Shown piece after piece: positions 61,242-64,000 of a DNA stretch of 64,000 bases (positions within the stretch are counted from its first letter, which is position 1; the number at the start of each line of letters is the position of its first letter). A model generated the notes under the pieces. The model was not told the DNA's origin and ran no database searches. It worked only from the letters and a program-made list of their open reading frames with translations. This DNA is from an uncultured Prevotella sp. (GTDB lineage: Bacteria; Bacteroidota; Bacteroidia; Bacteroidales; Bacteroidaceae), in contig NZ_CAMJOS010000016.1 in assembly GCF_946407605.1 (NCBI RefSeq), positions 20,800-84,799 on the forward strand, read 5' to 3'. Both the position numbers and the translations under genes were made by a program.

Positions 61242-62576
61242 TTATACATGCCGTTCTGAGTCTGGTGGCAAGATATAATGCCTGATGTAAGCCCTGTGGC
61301 CGTAAATGGCTATCACAATAAAACAGATGAAGGGGACGATAAATGACAGGTTGGTGGAAGAGACACCGAACAGTGTGATGTCAGAGTCTATAATCAGAGC
61401 CTGAAGTGGCGGGAATACTGAACCGCCAAGGATAGCCATGATGAGACCTGCGCCAGCAAACTTGACATTGTCGCCTACGCTGCGTAGAGCTATTCCATAG
61501 ATGGTCGGGAACATCAACGACATACAGGCCGATATGCCCACCAGACAATAGAGACCGTCGCGGCCGGTAAATAGGATGACGCCTGATACCAAAGCAATTG
61601 CAACAATGGCAAGGAGTGACAGTAGACGCCCTGCAGGGATGTATTTCAGGAACCATGTGCAGATGAACCTGCTTACGGTGAAGAATATCATAGCAATGAT
61701 ATTATATTTCTGCGAGAGAATCTCTGCGCTTTTCTCATCCATTCCCTCTTCCATGAAAACTCGCGTTCCATATTGTATGATAAAGGTCCAGCAAGTCACC
61801 TGGGCACCAACATAAAAGAACTGGGCAATGATACCCTCGCGATAGTTCTCTATCCTCAACAGTTCCCTAAAAGCGGAGGCAATGCTCTTGTTGGCTTTTG
61901 TCTCGCCGGCCTTCGGCATCTTATGGATTCTGATAAGCACTAATAATATCAAACAGGCGGCACCAAGACCTAGATAGGGACCAATCAGTACACTGAGATC
62001 GTTGTCTTTCAGATTATCAAATTGCAGGTCCGACAAGCTCATGCGTTGCTCTGTAGTCATCGGACTCATCTTGGCTTGTACGAACTGCATAGCTATGTAC
62101 ATACCCATCAATGCCCCGATAGGATTGAAAGCTTGCGCCAGATTGAGTCGTTGGGTGGCAGTCTCTTCGCTGCCCATACAGTAGATATAAGGATTACATG
62201 ATGTCTCCAGAAACGACAAACCGCAAGTCAAGATAAAGTAGGCCAGCAGGAATGGATAGTACATGCCTGTCATCTTGGCAGGAAAAAACATAAATGAGCC
62301 TATGGCGAAGAGCGACAGTCCCACCAGCACACCCACTTTGAACGAATAACGCTGAATGAACATGGCGGCAGGGAAAGCCATTGCGAAGTAGCCTAGGTAG
62401 AAGGCAACTTGTACTAAGGCGCCCTCGGTGACGCTCATGCGGAAAATCTTTGAGAATGCCTTGACTATAGGGCCGGTCATGTCATTGGCAAATCCCCAAA
62501 GGGCAAAGCATGATGTGATAAGAATGAATGGTACCAGAAAGTTGATACCGTCTTTGGTCAGTATGCTCGGTTTCAT
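61242..62576 (-). CDS. FucP-like sugar:H+ symporter (MFS), second paralogue in the window
   Basis: 444 aa. The N-terminus (FILITSCFALWGFANDMTGPIV) and overall layout parallel the FucP at 11362-12675. It is divergent from fkp. Confidence 0.8.
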   Translation of the reverse strand: MKPSILTKDGINFLVPFILITSCFALWGFANDMTGPIVKAFSKIFRMSVTEGALVQVAFYLGYFAMAFPAAMFIQRYSFKVGVLVGLSLFAIGSFMFFPAKMTGMYYPFLLAYFILTCGLSFLETSCNPYIYCMGSEETATQRLNLAQAFNPIGALMGMYIAMQFVQAKMSPMTTEQRMSLSDLQFDNLKDNDLSVLIGPYLGLGAACLILLVLIRIHKMPKAGETKANKSIASAFRELLRIENYREGIIAQFFYVGAQVTCWTFIIQYGTRVFMEEGMDEKSAEILSQKYNIIAMIFFTVSRFICTWFLKYIPAGRLLSLLAIVAIALVSGVILFTGRDGLYCLVGISACMSLMFPTIYGIALRSVGDNVKFAGAGLIMAILGGSVFPPLQALIIDSDITLFGVSSTNLSFIVPFICFIVIAIYGHRAYIRHYILPPDSERHV

Positions 62577-62613
62577 TTCTTAGGTTGCTGTTTGGTTTGC
62601 TGTTAATTGTCGG

Positions 62614-62621
62614 CAAAATTA
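62614..62621 (-). promoter_or_regulatory. -7 box TAatTTTG (minus strand) for the FucP-like gene
   Basis: Consensus match 37 nt upstream of the ATG at 62576. Confidence 0.45.
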
Positions 62622-62664
62622 CAATATTTTTTTCATAACAGAGGCTTTTCTTGTTGTTTTTTTG

Positions 62665-62672
62665 TATTTTTG
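62665..62672 (+). promoter_or_regulatory. -7 box TAttTTTG for fkp
   Basis: Consensus match 20 nt upstream of the ATG at 62693. Confidence 0.5.
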
Positions 62673-62692
62673 CAGGCAAATAGCGAAAGGAA

Positions 62693-64000
62693 ATGAAAAA
62701 ACTTCTATCCCTGCCACCTAATCTGGTTAGAAAAGATGATGATGGCACAACAGTATTTCATCATATCACAGGCCTTTCTGCCGATGAGTTCTTTTGTACC
62801 TGCGACCCAGAAGGGCATCGTATAGGTAGCGGCGGTGGTACGGCCTGGCTGTTACAGCAGGCTTGCAAAGCTGAGCATGGCGCCTCGTTCGATAAATGGC
62901 TGGCCAGTGACAAGCGCATCTTGCTGCATGCCGGTGGACAGAGCAGACGTCTGCCGTCGTATGCGCCGTCAGGTAAAATCCTGACGCCGATACCAGTGTT
63001 CCGTTGGGAGCGTGGACAGCGACTATCTCAGGATTTGTTGTCTCTACAGTTGCCACTCTATGAGCAGATGATGGATAAGGCCCCCGATGATGTCCACACA
63101 ATGGTTGTCAGTGGTGATGTGCTGGTCCGTACGTCTCAGCCTGTCGGTCCAGTGCCGCATGCCGATGTTATCTGCTATGGCCTATGGCTCGATGCCAGTG
63201 TAGCAAAGAATCATGGCGTCTTTGTTTCTGATCGTCGTACACCACAGGTTCTAAAGCAGATGCTTCAGAAGCCTAGTGTGGAAGAATTGCAGGCCTTGCA
63301 GCAACAGCATTTTTATCTCACCGATATTGGCGTATGGCTGCTTAGCGACAGAGCCGTGAAACTGTTGATGAAAAAATGTCTCAAAGAGAACCCCATAGGT
63401 CCCATGGACTCTATGAGTCCCATAACCTCTTACGACCTTTATTCAGAGTTCGGCCTTACGCTGGGTACCAATCCCGCCATTGACGATCCAGAACTTAATG
63501 CGCTGTCGGTGGCTATCGTACCATTGGCAGGTGGGGAGTTTTATCATTTCGGTACGTCGCGTGAGATGATCTCTTCAACGATGAAGCTGCAGAATGTGGT
63601 GTCTGACCAACGACTTATCATGCACAACGACCGCAAACCGCATCCTTCAATCTTTGTGCAGAATGCGATGATGGATATTGCTTTCTCTGCTGAGAATACC
63701 AATATTTGGATTGAAAACAGCTATATAGCAAAAGGTTGGCAACTAACGTCTGATCATATCGTGACGGGAGTGCCTAGGAATGAATGGCAGGTCTCTCTGC
63801 AACCTGGACAGTGTCTAGATGTTGTACCTATTGATTCTGATAAATATGTGGTACGCTGCTATCATATAGATGACCGCTTTGATGGCGCAGAACAGCAGCG
63901 GAAACAGTTCCCTGTGCTGAGGTTCGAAGATATTGAGGCTTATCTAAAGGGAGATATGTCTCATGTTTTGCGTCTGATGAGCGCTGAGGAGATATCGTCA
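62693..64000 (+). CDS. fkp: Bifunctional L-fucokinase / L-fucose-1-phosphate guanylyltransferase (Fkp), 3' end outside the window
   Basis: My own translation from the ATG at 62693 is open for 436 codons to the window edge. This ORF is absent from the ORF track because it has no stop. MKKLLSLPPNLV...CDPEGHRIGSGGGTAWLL...HAGGQSRRLPSYAPSGKILTPIPVF matches my recollection of the Bacteroides Fkp N-terminal pyrophosphorylase domain. Confidence 0.85.
   Translation, partial: MKKLLSLPPNLVRKDDDGTTVFHHITGLSADEFFCTCDPEGHRIGSGGGTAWLLQQACKAEHGASFDKWLASDKRILLHAGGQSRRLPSYAPSGKILTPIPVFRWERGQRLSQDLLSLQLPLYEQMMDKAPDDVHTMVVSGDVLVRTSQPVGPVPHADVICYGLWLDASVAKNHGVFVSDRRTPQVLKQMLQKPSVEELQALQQQHFYLTDIGVWLLSDRAVKLLMKKCLKENPIGPMDSMSPITSYDLYSEFGLTLGTNPAIDDPELNALSVAIVPLAGGEFYHFGTSREMISSTMKLQNVVSDQRLIMHNDRKPHPSIFVQNAMMDIAFSAENTNIWIENSYIAKGWQLTSDHIVTGVPRNEWQVSLQPGQCLDVVPIDSDKYVVRCYHIDDRFDGAEQQRKQFPVLRFEDIEAYLKGDMSHVLRLMSAEEISS

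Overview
This 64-kb chromosomal window looks like a Bacteroidales genome, probably Prevotellaceae. The signs are TAnnTTTG -7 promoter boxes upstream of many genes, no Shine-Dalgarno sequences, T9SS-type C-terminal domains, Fkp, and polysaccharide-degradation operons. I could not run a taxonomic search. Gene order: HAD hydrolase (5' partial), CCA-adding enzyme, a BspA-type LRR protein, a three-gene RND efflux operon and lpxA (0-10 kb). Next is a minus-strand L-fucose locus with mutarotase, Zn-ADH, FucP, cog3618-type amidohydrolase, GH29 fucosidase and aldo/keto reductase (10-16.2 kb). Then a minus-strand xylan-debranching operon (GPH transporter, GH10, GH43, GH67, GH43, GH43) with a divergent SASA-type esterase (16.4-27.5 kb), followed by tRNA-Lys(UUU). 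Housekeeping genes follow: tdk, AI-2E transporter, rsmI, a lipoprotein, tadA, birA, pyrH, DUF4834-like, pssA, psd (27.8-35.2 kb). The window ends with dnaE, trxA, a small acidic protein, a second FucP-like permease and a divergent fkp (3' partial). The outstanding feature is a 20.7-kb four-gene operon (35923-56586) between psd and dnaE. It encodes giant secreted modular proteins of 1730, 1857, 1945 and 1326 aa with no recognisable catalytic domain. They contain dockerin-like and cohesin-like modules, beta-trefoil lectin-like modules, a recurrent unassigned beta-sandwich-like module, BspA-type LRRs, Ig-like and CarboxypepD_reg-like domains, 16 Listeria-Bacteroides repeats and T9SS-type C-terminal domains. 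The operon follows a 751-nt AT-rich leader that carries a 22-bp x3 CTAG-containing repeat array. A second recurring oddity is a family of heptamer and octamer microsatellite arrays placed exactly at gene junctions, and twice in frame inside genes. I saw no rRNA, CRISPR array, transposase, integrase or transcription factor gene. All domain calls come from reading the translations by eye and need HMM or structure confirmation.
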